DNA from: a virus
DNA length: 64,000 bases
IMG/VR virus record: IMGVR_UViG_3300037423_000411
Location: 1-64,000 of that record
Reading direction: 5' to 3' (one strand)
The notes below the pieces were generated by a model, which was not told the origin of the DNA, searched no databases, and saw nothing but the letters and a program-made list of their open reading frames with translations. Position 1 is the stretch's first letter. Each line of letters opens with the position of its first letter. Position numbers and translations under genes: made by a program. Positions 20,247 through 31,873 of the stretch are shown here, in pieces.

Positions 20247-20738
20247 TCACGCTTCGACTCCTTCCACGAATTCGACCCTGATCTGCTGCCAGTGCTCGTG
20301 CGTGCCGAACTCGTTCTGGTAGATGACGGTGCGCCGCAACGAACTGGCACCAGTCGTACCCACGACCTCGAATCCCGGCAATGCGTGTCCGACCGAACCC
20401 TGCCGCCAGTTGGTAATTTCCACAACGCCTGAATAGCGCACGCTGTTGCGCTCATCCAGCCACTTCTTTGCTGCGTCGACCGACGCGCAGATCTTGTAGT
20501 GGACTTGCGGGTCGCCTTGCCGCTTGTTCGAGAGACCAGTAGCCCAGTCAGTCTCGTCCAGCTCCGAATGGATCACCGGTTCCATCGACTCAGCGACGAT
20601 GACGAACTCAGGCTTCCCGTCCTTCAGACCACGCTGGTACGCCTTCCACAACCACTTGCCGTAGTTGCGCTCGGTTTCCGGCTCTTCCATCCACATGTCG
20701 TGGGTGAGGTCCTCGATAGCAAACGGATTGACTTTCAT
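20247..20738 (-). CDS. hypothetical protein, first gene of the small-ORF run 17648-20738
   Basis: GGGACTCTCACCCC hairpin plus GAGGAGG before ATG. Confidence 0.6.
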   Translation of the reverse strand: MKVNPFAIEDLTHDMWMEEPETERNYGKWLWKAYQRGLKDGKPEFVIVAESMEPVIHSELDETDWATGLSNKRQGDPQVHYKICASVDAAKKWLDERNSVRYSGVVEITNWRQGSVGHALPGFEVVGTTGASSLRRTVIYQNEFGTHEHWQQIRVEFVEGVEA

Positions 20739-20912
20739 TTCCTGCCTCCTCAAGGGGTGAGAGTCCCGGTAGTGGCCTGGCTATGCAGTCATTGACCAGG
20801 CCCGGACGCCTGTCGAGCACTTACCAAGTGACCACTTAGCAGTAGACCGCGCTGCGCGTCCTGAGGAAGGCGTCGATCGCTCGCTAAACGGCTCGCGGAG
20901 TCACCTAACTCG

Positions 20913-20985
20913 TGGAGCTGAGGGGACTCGAACCCCTAACCGTCTGCTTGCAAAGCAGGTGCTCTACCAGTTGAGCTACGGCCCC
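20913..20985 (-). tRNA. tRNA-Ala (anticodon UGC), CCA end not encoded
   Basis: GGGGCCGTAGCTCAACTGGTAGAGCACCTGCTTTGCAAGCAGACGGTTAGGGGTTCGAGTCCCCTCAGCTCCA; cloverleaf with G3:U70 identity pair. Confidence 0.95.
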
Positions 20986-21086
20986 AAAGAGCAAGTGCGA
21001 CAAGAGAGTCAGCAGAGGAGCGACCTGTGGAGACTGTCGGATTCACACTTGCTTCGGTTCACACGCTACTTGCTAGGGTGACAACT

Positions 21087-21255
21087 GTCAACCCTCAACG
21101 GCGGACATTTACTGGGCATCTCTTAGGTTATGGCCGTTGAGGGTTGACCTCGGCATGCGTGTAGATCTTTGGCGCAAGCGACCATCTTCTGACGCACCGA
21201 GCTTGGTTGACCGGGCGGTAAGGTGTGGGCTTCGTTCACTTGTGGCCCGACCAAG
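21087..21255 (-). ncRNA. TIGR-like array, 3 units
   Basis: 21087-21148, 21149-21201 (degenerate, TCA box) and 21202-21255. Confidence 0.8.
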
Positions 21256-21349
21256 TTCAGTGTGGGGGCACCAACTTCCCACTCCCAGGCTCACTAACGA
21301 CTCCGAGCTTAAGCATCAGAGATGCTCGGCTCCCTGGCCCATACGCGCT

Positions 21350-21535
21350 TCACTCGCAGGCGAGACCGTCTCCGTCCGTGTCCAACGCCTTGTTGTAACC
21401 GACGTCACCCGGCGTCAACGGCAACTGTACGCCCGCCTGCTCGGCTTGCGCACACGACTGGAACTGCACCTGCGCGTCGTTGTGACAGCCCGCCAGAACG
21501 GCACACAGGGCCACTGACACCAGGAGACGCTTCAT
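21350..21535 (-). CDS. Excalibur calcium-binding lipoprotein
   Basis: LAGC lipobox; FQSCAQA..AG and GY...LDTDGDGLACE. Confidence 0.85.
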   Translation of the reverse strand: MKRLLVSVALCAVLAGCHNDAQVQFQSCAQAEQAGVQLPLTPGDVGYNKALDTDGDGLACE

Positions 21536-22191
21536 CAGCAACCGCCGTACTTGCAGCTGTAGATGTAGATCAACGTGAGGCCCGAGTTGCTGTCAGGCAG
21601 GGGCACGTTGTCCCACGACCAGGTGGTGAAGTTCATGACCCGGCTGTTGTACCCCGACGAGTTCAGGTTCTGAAGACCCAGCAGGTATCCGATCGAAGCC
21701 GACACGATGTGATCTCGACGCGTCTGGCTGCTGACGCAGCCCGCGTTCGCGGTGTTGATGTACACCGCAGGCCCGTTGGTCCACCGGTACATGCCCTCGT
21801 AGTAGTCGGTCTGACCGTTCTTCAGGTAGTTGCAGACGCTCGCCGTCGAGCTGTACAGACCGATCACCATGCGGCGAGAAGGCGGGTATCCGTCCGCTGC
21901 GCAATCGGTCGAGTAGTCCAGCGCGATAGCTCCGTTGGCCCTCAGGTTCCACTGCTGAGCGAGGTAGGCCAGCCGGTAGTACGTCTGGTCCGAGATGGCG
22001 TCCGGAATGCCCGCGCCCGGCTCCACGCAGATGTACGGAGACCAGAACATCTCACCATTGGCGTCCGGAGGCAGCGGCAGCGTCGTCGCGCCGGACGTGG
22101 TGGAAGACGACGCCTGAGCAGGAACACTGACGACCAGTGCTCCGAGTCCAAGCATCAGGAGTGCGATGACCGCACTCAGGGACTTACGCAT
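21535..22191 (-). CDS. secreted metzincin-fold-like protein lacking Zn ligands
   Basis: Signal peptide; ASIGYLLGLQN where HExGHxxGLxH is expected, followed by SRVM Met-turn-like motif. Confidence 0.55.
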   Translation of the reverse strand: MRKSLSAVIALLMLGLGALVVSVPAQASSSTTSGATTLPLPPDANGEMFWSPYICVEPGAGIPDAISDQTYYRLAYLAQQWNLRANGAIALDYSTDCAADGYPPSRRMVIGLYSSTASVCNYLKNGQTDYYEGMYRWTNGPAVYINTANAGCVSSQTRRDHIVSASIGYLLGLQNLNSSGYNSRVMNFTTWSWDNVPLPDSNSGLTLIYIYSCKYGGC

Positions 22192-22226
22192 CAGAGGATG
22201 CCTTTCTGTGGTTGGGACATATGAAG

Positions 22227-22342
22227 AACCCCCTGAGCAGCGAGTTATGGGCTTCGTAAGCTGCTGGCTCAAGGGGTTTGCTTCAGAAGAGCCCTTGAAG
22301 ACGTCGGTCACTGGAGAAACGGCAAGTTTTGGTCTTCAAGGG
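22227..22342 (-). ncRNA. TIGR-like array, 2 units
   Basis: 22227-22278 and 22292-22342, both CCA-N8-CG-N4/5-CCA-N8-YG inside stems. Confidence 0.8.
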
Positions 22343-22351
22343 AGTCTCGCG

Positions 22352-23074
22352 TTACGACACCGGCACAGCCGCGTCGATGAGACTGGCCAGCGCCTTGGTA
22401 CCTGCAGGATTCGGGTGCACGCCTCCACTGTCGAGGTACATCGCGAAGCGCGACGGCTTGGCGGCCAGGAAGCTCGCCCAAGAGATCACCGTGCAGTGAT
22501 ACTGCTCGGTGCAGCCCTGGTAGATGGCCTTGTTCACGATCATGCTGTTGCGCTGGTCGGACGGTGAGTACGCCGGTCGATTGACCTGCACGTCCACCCA
22601 GAAGATCTGAGTCTCCGGGAAATTGGTGTTCACGTAGTCGAGCAGACGCTTGATCTGAGCTGGCATCCCGAACGGACTCATCACGTCATTCGAGCCGACC
22701 GCCATGATCAGGTACTTCGGGATCATCGGTGTGAGGCTCTTGTTCAGAATCTCGTCCACCGTCAGCTGTGTGTTGCGGCCCGACCAGGCGTTGACTGCCA
22801 GGCGTGCACCAGGATTGGTCGCCGCGACGTCCTTGTAGTCCCGCACGGTGATCGAGTCGCCCGCGATCATCCACGCCGACCGCGTGATGTAGTCGGGGGT
22901 CGAACGGATCGGGGAACTCACCGGTGCGGCAGCCGGTCCGGAGCCGTACGTGCCGTAGTTGATGCTGCCGTTGGCCTTCAGAACCCCGTACGAGATGCCG
23001 AAGGACGCGATGAGACCGACAAAGAAACAGATGACGGCATTCCGCCAGGGGTGACGCATACGTGGGAATCGCAT
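22352..23074 (-). CDS. membrane-anchored SGNH/GDSL hydrolase
   Basis: AGDSIT, SGR, GSND and DSGGVHPN blocks; N-terminal TM helix. Confidence 0.88.
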   Translation of the reverse strand: MRFPRMRHPWRNAVICFFVGLIASFGISYGVLKANGSINYGTYGSGPAAAPVSSPIRSTPDYITRSAWMIAGDSITVRDYKDVAATNPGARLAVNAWSGRNTQLTVDEILNKSLTPMIPKYLIMAVGSNDVMSPFGMPAQIKRLLDYVNTNFPETQIFWVDVQVNRPAYSPSDQRNSMIVNKAIYQGCTEQYHCTVISWASFLAAKPSRFAMYLDSGGVHPNPAGTKALASLIDAAVPVS

Positions 23075-23096
23075 TGGTGCCTCCTGTGTGAGAGAA

Positions 23097-23224
23097 GCTG
23101 AGCAAAATGACATGGTTTTCGGCAGTGACTGGCTCAGCAGGACCATCGTCTCAAACGGAGGTTACAACTGTCAACTACGGGACGCGCTCGTTTTGGGTGT
23201 CGGTTCCATGTGGTCCCGTAGTTG
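23097..23224 (-). ncRNA. two TIGR-like units flanking a promoter
   Basis: 23097-23138 and 23172-23224 on either side of the palindromic -35 box at 23160-23175. Confidence 0.8.
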
Positions 23225-23228
23225 AGTC

Positions 23229-24164
23229 TCAGTCGTCGTACTTCGACGGACAGTTCGTACAGCCAGGACACTTCTCCCCGGCCATCCACTGCAGGCAAAC
23301 CTCATCCTCGGTCTCCCATTCACCGTGCAGTTCCTGAGCAATCGGAGGCGAGAGTTTGAGATGGTCCAACGCATCGGGTGCGAGCGGCGGCAGGTAGATA
23401 TCGTCAGCAGGAACCTGCGCGTACTGCGTCGGCATGCCTGAGACCGGGTGAATGTATTTCGGCTTCATCTCAGGCAACGGAGCAGGGGTCAGCTGAGTCT
23501 TCAGGACGCCAACAGACGAGAAGGGGTCCTTCAGAGCTTCCCATTCCGCTTTCTCGGCCTTCGCGATGTGCTCGATGAGGGCCAGCGCCCTCTCGGGATT
23601 GGTCACACGAAGCTGTGGATACCGATCGAGGATGCTGTTCAGCCGTGTGATCAGGTGCCGTGCATAGTCGACGTCCTCGGACGGTTCCCATTGCGTTGGA
23701 AGCAGACGCACTCTTCCCTGAAGCAAGTCGTCAACACCGTCGACAGGATCGTAGACAGTACCGGTCACCAGCTCGACGCCGACCGCGTTGATCGACAGAT
23801 CAAAGTGACTGAGCATCGCGTCGATGTTCGCGTAGCCCTCGTAGAACCGCATCGGGGTCCAGATGTCGACGTGGAACGGATCGTCGTTGTAGCCAACTCC
23901 TTCCAGATAGAATCTGGCGTTTCCGTGCCGGTTCTCGCCGTAATCAGCCTGCGGGTCCTTCAACAGTTCAGCGATGAGTTGGTTGTACTGCCCATCCAGC
24001 ACGACCATGTCAACGTCGGCCGGGTACTCCTCGGAGTTGATGAGCGAGTCCCTGACCGCGCCTCCTACGACCGTGGCTTGCGGGCAGAGGTCGGTCACCT
24101 TGAACAGGAAGTCGCTGAGGATCGGGTCATCGAACAACCTCGGCAACAGTGGCTTCGCGAGCAT
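23229..24164 (-). CDS. CCA-adding/poly(A) polymerase-family nucleotidyltransferase (head domain)
   Basis: VVGGAVRDSL, ADVDMVV, HFDLSINAVG, YDPVDGVDDL. Confidence 0.8.
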   Translation of the reverse strand: MLAKPLLPRLFDDPILSDFLFKVTDLCPQATVVGGAVRDSLINSEEYPADVDMVVLDGQYNQLIAELLKDPQADYGENRHGNARFYLEGVGYNDDPFHVDIWTPMRFYEGYANIDAMLSHFDLSINAVGVELVTGTVYDPVDGVDDLLQGRVRLLPTQWEPSEDVDYARHLITRLNSILDRYPQLRVTNPERALALIEHIAKAEKAEWEALKDPFSSVGVLKTQLTPAPLPEMKPKYIHPVSGMPTQYAQVPADDIYLPPLAPDALDHLKLSPPIAQELHGEWETEDEVCLQWMAGEKCPGCTNCPSKYDD

Positions 24165-24174
24165 GTGACCTTCC

Positions 24175-24387
24175 TCAGTCTTCGCCGGTACAGACCTCAT
24201 CCTCACGTACGGCGGTAACTCTCATGCCGACCGCCTTCGCGTACCTCTCCAGCGTCTTGAGGGTAGGACTGGCGCTCTTCTCGAACTCGGACACAGTGAC
24301 CTGCGTGACGTTCATCCGTTCAGCCAGCGCAGTCTGCGTGAGACCGAGCTGCTTGCGCTGCTTCACGAGCTTCTCGATGATGGTCAT
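24175..24387 (-). CDS. XRE-family helix-turn-helix protein
   Basis: RKQLGLTQTALAERMNVTQVTVSEFE..PTLKTLERYAKAVG. Confidence 0.9.
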   Translation of the reverse strand: MTIIEKLVKQRKQLGLTQTALAERMNVTQVTVSEFEKSASPTLKTLERYAKAVGMRVTAVREDEVCTGED

Positions 24388-26505
24388 CGGTGGTGTCTCC
24401 TCTCCTGATTCAGTCGGCGTACACGGCGTGCGTACTGCGAGGCACGGACAACCTGCGACGGCAACGGGAACGTGCCCCAGAACTTCCAGCCGTCCTCGCC
24501 TTGGTAGTACGTCCTGACACCATGCAACGACTTCGCCGTGTCGTGAAGATCGAGCAGATGCAGCTTCACGACAATCTCCCCCGGTCATCCAAGCGCCTGA
24601 GGGTGTTGAACACGAAGTACTCCAGCCAGGACTGAGCCTCCTGCACCTTGCCCTCAGGAGTGTCGTACGGCGCCTTCCCATGCGGCTCCCACGGCCCGTA
24701 GCACTCGACGTCGGTGTCGATGTTGATGTGCAGGCTTCCGTTGCCTGACAGACCCCTCCAGACCTCTTTCGCGATCTCGTGTGCCAGTTCGTTCCGTGCG
24801 TTGTAGCTCAGTCTGTCCATTTCGCCACCTCCTCAGCACGCCTGCGTGCTCGATCCCAGATCTTGTCCAGGTCCTCCTTCGACCAGACACCGAGATCGTG
24901 CTTACGCACGTGCATCTGGCCGTCCTTCTTGATCACGTCGATGATGTCGCCTGCCTCCACCGGGCCATCTTCGATGACGGCCTGCCTGAAGGTGACCAGT
25001 ACGGAAGGAATGTTGTCGTCGGTCAGGCAGATGAGATCTGCAGTGCAGAGCTTCTTGGTTGCCTCAATCACCCGACCTTCGAAGCACCGCTTCACGGCTT
25101 CTCTCCTGTCAGCTCCTCGTAGCCCTCAGGCGTTCCCGGTGCACGTTTCACCGAGCCGTCAGGAGTAGTAAGTGCCCACTCCTCCGTCTTGTCGTCCCAA
25201 CCGAGGATGAACGGCGGATCATAGAGACGCTGAATTGCTGACGCGATCGCATGCATCTCTCGTGTATCTACACGCCAATCTGCGTCGATTCGACTCAGTG
25301 CGCCCTCAATGCAGGACACGATCTCAGAGAAGGATGGCAGCTCACGTGCTTCCTCGGCTACCTCCAGCGCCGTACGCATCGTCTCCTGTGACAGCGTCCC
25401 TGTGCCGCCGATAGCGTGTACCGCCTTCTTGACCATCTCGTCACTGATCACGCTTCGCACGCTTCTTCCAGCCCCTGTTGATCTCGTCGGCCAACTTGAA
25501 GACGTAGTCGTAGAGCGATCCGGGACTGTAGACCGCTTTCTTCATGTCTCCGCTCATACCGATGCCCATCTTCACCTGATCCGCGTATCCATCCAGCAGA
25601 TCGGCCAGCAGCAGCGCCACAGGCGGGTGCATCAGCGCGATGTAGACCGCGTCATCCAGATTCCAGATGACGTCAGCGACCGTGCGCGCACCCTCACCAC
25701 CACTGCCACTTGTGGTGTTCTCTTGCACCCAGAACGCCGGGCGCTTGTTGCGCTCGTCTGGCGGCAGGAGGACACTCTGCCAACCCAGCGTCTCGTCTTC
25801 CCAGCGGTTGACGCCAGCAACTGCTTTGCGCAGACGCTTAGCTGCCTTGCGCAACTTCTGTTCAGGACTCACGTCGTACCTCCTTCGCAACCTCGTAACC
25901 CTTGAAGAACCCTTGCGTCCAGTCGACGCGGTCCAGGCTTCGCTTCTCCTGTTCCGTCAACGCGTTCCACGCCAGATCGGCCAGCGTCTCCAACACCGAC
26001 TCCTTGATCTTCTTCATTTCCGCCACTCACCTCCCAGATCTTCGATCTTGAACTGCAGTCGCAACATCTCGTCATCGACCTTGGCCATCTTGGCCTGCCA
26101 GATGCAGAACATGACGCCTCCACCGATAACGATGCCAAAGGCAAGATACAACCAGTTCACGGCTTCACCATCCCGAGCGCGGCACGGATCTCGTCGTCGC
26201 TCATGCCAAAGTGACTCATCTGTTCGACGGCATGGAGCAGCCCGAAGGCAAATCCTTTGCGCAGCAAGATGATCTCGTGAAGAGTCTTCTCTCCGTCGAC
26301 TTCGACTTGCGCATTCGCTCGCTTGAACAGCTCGTCGTAACTGATCACACTCACGCGCTCCACCTCCCTACTTGCCTTGAGCAACGAGCGCACAGCAACT
26401 CGCCACCGAACTTCTTCTTGAACGGCTCCTTGTGTCCGAGGACCTTGCAAACGTAGCTAGGCAGGACCAGCTCCTTGAAGTCCTGCCACTTCCATCTGAG
26501 CTTCT

Positions 26506-27096
26506 TCACCTGTTCCACCTCCCGTGCATGTCACAACGACGGCAATAGCATCCTTCTTCGTGAAGTCTGATGACGGGAACGGCTGCCTTCCCTTGAAGTT
26601 CGTCCTTGAGTTTGCTCAGCTCGTGGGCCTCCTGCGCAAGCTGCTTTTGCAGCTCACGCGACGCCTGCACCATGTCGGAAGGGAAAGGATCGAGCGCGTT
26701 CTCGGCCACTTGCTTGCGCTTCTCGACTAACCGCAGATCGTTGAGTTCGTCACGCAACGAGATGCAGGCGTCCGAACTCATCTGCCGGATCTTCTCGCCG
26801 GTCAGCCTCGGCAACGTATTCCGAGACTCAGCGGACAGTTCCCAGTACGCCACGTACAAGGACTTCTTCTCGTCCTTGAGACCGTACGACTCATGCGTGA
26901 GGGACAACAGCCCTCGCAGCAGGAAGAAGGTGGTAGGGGGACAGGTAAGGAAGTACCACGGATCGACAACAAACCCCAGGAGCACTCCGCAGAGACCAAC
27001 GAAGAACAGGAGAACGACCATGACTCCGTAGTTACTGGGAGACATGTTCCACGGCGTCCAGTCAGGATGCAGTAGCTTGACCCGGTTCTTCTTCAC
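26506..27096 (-). CDS. membrane protein with coiled coil
   Basis: Two hydrophobic segments then a helical region; in the small-ORF run 24384-28076. Confidence 0.5.
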   Translation of the reverse strand: MKKNRVKLLHPDWTPWNMSPSNYGVMVVLLFFVGLCGVLLGFVVDPWYFLTCPPTTFFLLRGLLSLTHESYGLKDEKKSLYVAYWELSAESRNTLPRLTGEKIRQMSSDACISLRDELNDLRLVEKRKQVAENALDPFPSDMVQASRELQKQLAQEAHELSKLKDELQGKAAVPVIRLHEEGCYCRRCDMHGRWNR

Positions 27097-28157
27097 TCGG
27101 GAACCTCCTTCGTGCAGCCACACTTCTTCAGATGTGACTTGCCCTTCGCCTGGCACGCGCCTCCCAGATGCCAGCTCCAGGTATGCTCGCAATCGGAGCA
27201 GTAGAGCTGCTTCGGTATGGCCTCCAGCCCGTCTTCGCGCATGTGAGCGGCCTTGTGAATCTCGTCCAGGTCCTCGACATACGGCACGTCAACCGGAGAC
27301 ACGTTGTGATCGAAGATCAGGTGGTGCTGCAGGTTACCCGGCGCCCAACCTTCGAGGTGCACATCGTCACCGGTCTTCAAGTAGCCGGTCTCGAAATTGA
27401 TGCTGCTCAGCACTCGGTCGACCCCTTTCAGCGCCTGACTCAAACCCGCGATAACGTCGCTGTCGGCCGACTGCGCCAGATGCACCGGAGTCATGTCCTC
27501 GAATTTCTTCAACTGAGCCTTCAGCATTCCGCGCAGCATGATCAGATCCACGCGATACACCCTCGCCGCGACGAACTTGGCTTTCTGCTCGTCCATCACT
27601 CCACCTTTCCTCGGACCGCGAACGTGCGAGGGATCGCGACGGTCTCGTAGGTGAGTTTGACGACGTCGTAGTGCTGATATTTCCGGCCGTCGTACGGATC
27701 GCCGTTCTTCATCAGCTCACGAGCGAACTTCTCGGCCGCCTCACGCGAGCCTTGATCAGCGTACGAGCACGAACCTCCGGTGAACTCCTCAGGCCACTCG
27801 TCGTCACTCCAACCTTCGACCTTCCAGGCCTGGTATGGATACCCGTGCACCGGAACGAAGATCTTCTCGCCGTCGTGCTTGCGAGGATCATGGAACTGCA
27901 TCTCAGTCACTCGTTCTCCTTCGTGAAGCCCCGTGTGATGTAGACGCAGCCGCCTGGCACGTCCACGTGAGCTTCCGAGGCTGGTCCGTCACAATCGCAT
28001 CCTTCGATGCGAACCGGCAGCTCCAGCTCTTCGGGCGTCATGCCCTGCAGCGTCGCGAGAAGCTCGCGTGCTTTCATGCTCTGCCTCCTGTTGTGAGAGA
28101 TGAGCGGCGGTGACGCTCAATATCGTTTCTACACGATATAGGTTACGCTTGTCAACT

Positions 28158-28198
28158 AGAAAGCCCTCTGCTCCTGCTTCGGAGACAGAGGGCTTTCT
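28158..28198 (-). terminator. intrinsic terminator-like hairpin
   Basis: AGAAAGCCCTCTG...CAGAGGGCTTTCT directly before the next -35 box. Confidence 0.65.
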
Positions 28199-28213
28199 GA
28201 GCGTTGGGGAGAG

Positions 28214-28528
28214 TCAGTCGGGCGTGACCTCGGTCGGCTCGCCTGCGACGACGTTGATCCGCTCGGCCAGTCCTGCCACGACCACGATCGCCAGGTCTCC
28301 GGTCATGCTCTGACCATCGGCCGTCGCCTCGACGTGCACGGTAGCCGTTCCCAGCGCACCTACCGCAGCCGCCGTCGCGGTGCCGTCGCCGTTGTCCGTC
28401 AGGTTGATGATGGTCGGGTCGTCCACGGTGTACGTGACCGAACCGTCCGCAGGCGCGCTGACCGCGTTGCCTACCTCATCGGTGTACTCCACGCTCAGTG
28501 CGACCTGCTTGTCTGCCATGAGATCCAT
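28214..28528 (-). CDS. Ig-like beta-sandwich protein
   Basis: TDEVGNAV, YTVDDPTII, DNGDGTATA, GTATVHV patterns. Confidence 0.65.
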   Translation of the reverse strand: MDLMADKQVALSVEYTDEVGNAVSAPADGSVTYTVDDPTIINLTDNGDGTATAAAVGALGTATVHVEATADGQSMTGDLAIVVVAGLAERINVVAGEPTEVTPD

Positions 28529-28752
28529 GGTTACGTCTCGCCTTCCTGTGTGCTGTGCGTACGGTGGTGGTTTGACAGTCCGGTCTTCCGGAGTCGTGTC
28601 GCTGATCTGACCGATCCTCCAGATGATCCGGTAGTGCTTCCGCCCTTTGACGCGGAGATTGAGCGACGCGACGACGTCACCCAGATCAACGTCCATCTTC
28701 ACTCCTAGATCCCACCTTGAGGACACCCTCAGACTACTCCTCAAGAACGCAG

Positions 28753-28780
28753 AAAACCCCGGCCACAAGGACCGGGGTTG
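28753..28780 (-). terminator. intrinsic terminator-like hairpin
   Basis: AACCCCGGTC-CTTGT-GGCCGGGGTTTT on the minus strand. Confidence 0.65.
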
Positions 28781-31496
28781 GTGATGCGTCTCAGTATAGG
28801 CCACCGAGTGATCGGGGGATGCGCTCCTCAGCACCTTCGGCCTTGCATGCAGGACAGCCGATGTTGTCGTCTGCGGTGCAGTTGTGCTCAAGCGGAGGGC
28901 TGTACCAGACGGTCTTGCCGCCTCCGTGCGACACGAACTTGATCTTGGCGAGAGTCTGCCGTTGCTCGTTCTCACACACGAGGTAGCCCATCCCGATGCC
29001 GACGATCGCGTCAGGATAGACCTCGGTGACCTTGCTCAGCAGCTCCTGCAAACGGTCAGCTCTCATTCCGTCACTCCCGTCAGGTACGCCAGCAGAGCGC
29101 TTGCTTGGTACAGGTAGATGCGCTTCCGAGGCTCGTTGCACTCCGACCAGGACTCTCCCACCGCGATTGCGTACGAGTCGAACGAGTGCAGGAAGATCGC
29201 GAGCCGTTCCTGCGTCGGCAGCAACGCAAGTACTCCGTCCGCCAGATGCCACTCTTCACCCTTGTCGAGCGTCTGCGCCGTGTCTCGCAGATACCCCGCG
29301 ATCTGATCACGAAGCATGGACGAACACACCTCGCACCGTCAAAACGGCCTGCTCGTACCGCTGCCGAGCACCAGGAGTGAACTCAGGCATGTACTCGCCG
29401 TCGATGTGTTCCTCGGTCAGGATGATCAGCATCTGCAGAGCGTCCTGAGGATTGCCCGGATCGAACATCACAGCCCACCTCGCACGTGCGGGAAGATCGG
29501 CGCCAGGCCGGACTTGTGCAAGTTCTTCAGGTGCTCTTCGGTGGTGTCGTGGTACTCCTTCGCGGTCTCCATATCCTGCAGACCTGCCAGGAGCCGTTCA
29601 GTGAACGCGTAAGGCCGCTTACACGTCTCGCAATACGACCCACCCGCATCCTTCTCTTCGGGTTCTTCGACCGGCTCAGGATGCTGCGGGGAGATCGCCA
29701 CGTACATCTCTGCGAACTGCTCCTTGGTCATCAACGGCGGAATCGCGAACTCCTGATAGTGCTCCCAGGCCTCCTCGAACGTCTTCACTCGTGGCTCGCC
29801 TCCATCGTCGCGTGCGCTACCGCGAGCGTCGCCATCACTTGTGCTTCGGCCAAATACTCCATCCGCACAGAAGGCTCTACGTCAAAACTGTAGGTCTTGC
29901 CGCAGAGATCTTCTGCACGCTCAACGTACTCCTTGAATGTCATCATCAGTACTCCTTCGCCGGGCGCATGCGATCGATGAACTCCTCGGAGGGCCACAGC
30001 GCCTTCTCGATCGCGTGCTGCGACGGCTGCCAGGGGTGCATGAAGAGCACCTCGATCTGCTCTCGGATCGCCTTCAGCGTCGCTTCTGCCGTCTCTGCCT
30101 GGTACTTGTAGTTGTCCAGCAGCGTGTTCGTGGTCTTCGCCAGCTGCTCCGAACTCGCGCCCATCAGCTGCAGCGCGAACTCCAGGCCTTCTTCACGTTC
30201 AGTCTTACTCGTTGTCACTTCTCCTCCTCACTCGTCTTCCTCCAGCACGATGTCGACCACTGCCTCACAGTGCTTCAGCAGCTTGTGACCAGGGACACGG
30301 CCCATCAGCGAGGCGTTCCAGCCCAACTTGTCGAGAGCTGCGATGTCCTTTGCCTCCTGCTCTCGCAAGCGGTTGTAGAGCCGTGCTACAGCTGCAGCTC
30401 GATCGGTCATGACTTCACTTCCTCGGTGGCCGAGATGAAGATCCGCGTCGGCTGATTCGTCCATACGTGACCAACGTGCTTACCCGTCAGCTGCTTGATG
30501 TCCATCAGCCGTCCGTCCTCGCTCACACGGACCACGCCGTACTTGTTGAAAGCAGGCTCCGACCTCAGACAGACAACCATGTCGACCTTGAACTTGCTCA
30601 CCATTCCTCCGTCCAGTCGGGATGGTCCTTGTAGACCTCCGCAAGATGCTTGACTGCCGTCCACAGCCCGAACCGTGCTGCCCGGCCCCACACGGTCGGT
30701 TTGCCGCTCGGTCGCGATTGCTCCAAAGCCTGCAGGTAGTCGACCAAGATCGCCTGCTTCGCGACGAAGTCAGCCAGGCTCATACGGCCCGAATTCGTGT
30801 CCTCCTGCCAGCGTGCGAGCAGGAACAGATCGATGGTCACGACTGCAGCTCTCTGTTCTCGTACGCGATCTCTCGCCGGAACTGTTCGGGCAGGTCCTTG
30901 ACTTCCACCGTGAAACTCGATCCCGGAAAACTCTGCAGCGTGACGACAGCGAATTGCGACCCGTCGATATGCGTCACCCGCGTGATCTCGTCGTGCTGAC
31001 CAGGCAGGAAAAACTGATCGTGAACCATGTCCATCACCAGGACCGTCTGACGTAGCTTCTTCACTTCTTCTCCGCTTTTCCTCGCAGTTCCCAGAGCTTT
31101 CGTGACTTGCCCTGTACGACCTCCCAGAGCCGTCCGGAACAGCCTTCGACCTGATCCCCTACGAGGAAGTCGTCGGCCGTCAGAACGCCTTTCCAGGTCG
31201 TCACGTCGACCAGCTGAGGGACCTTGTGCTGATCGTGCATCCGCTCACCTATCTGTTTCATCAAGTCGTAGCGCCGAAGCGCGGCCTCCACGTTGAATTT
31301 CACGACGTCACCCTCTCCGTGCGACCGCTGATCGGCGGGTTGGACGAAGAGAAGCTTGCCGTCGCCGGTTCGCCGGGGAACTTGCTGCGGAACCCCGCGT
31401 TGCGCTCGGCCATCATGTAGTCGGCCTTCGACACCTCGTGCTCCTGCGGGCTGTCCGGACACGAACACGCCTGCGTCACGTAGTAGCGGTACTCGC

Positions 31497-31809
31497 TCAT
31501 CGGTCCGCCTCCTGCAGTACGACCGAACGCAGGTTCTCCACCGGCACGTTCAGGACCTGCTCCACGACCTTGTACTCACCTTTCACCACACGACCGATCT
31601 CGACGTCGTACAGGTCCTGCCCGTTCAGCTTCACGACCATCCAGAACCGGCGCGAGACCTTCAGCTTGATGTAGTCGACGTCGTAGACCAGCGTGCGCAT
31701 GTGCGCACCGATGCTCATCAGGACCGGAGCGCCGATCTGCTGCAGAGTCTCCCTGACGTTGATGCTCCGACCGCGCTGGTCGTTGACGATGCTTGTGAGT
31801 TTCATGATG
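31497..31809 (-). CDS. early hypothetical protein, first of the small-ORF run 28791-31809
   Basis: Class I promoter, AGCG-ACTCTCAC-CGCT hairpin and GGAGG upstream; start approximate. Confidence 0.6.
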
Positions 31810-31873
31810 ATGCCTCCGTTAGCGGTGAGAGTCGCTCTTGCACCTCTATAGTCGCATCTCTGGTTGACAAACG

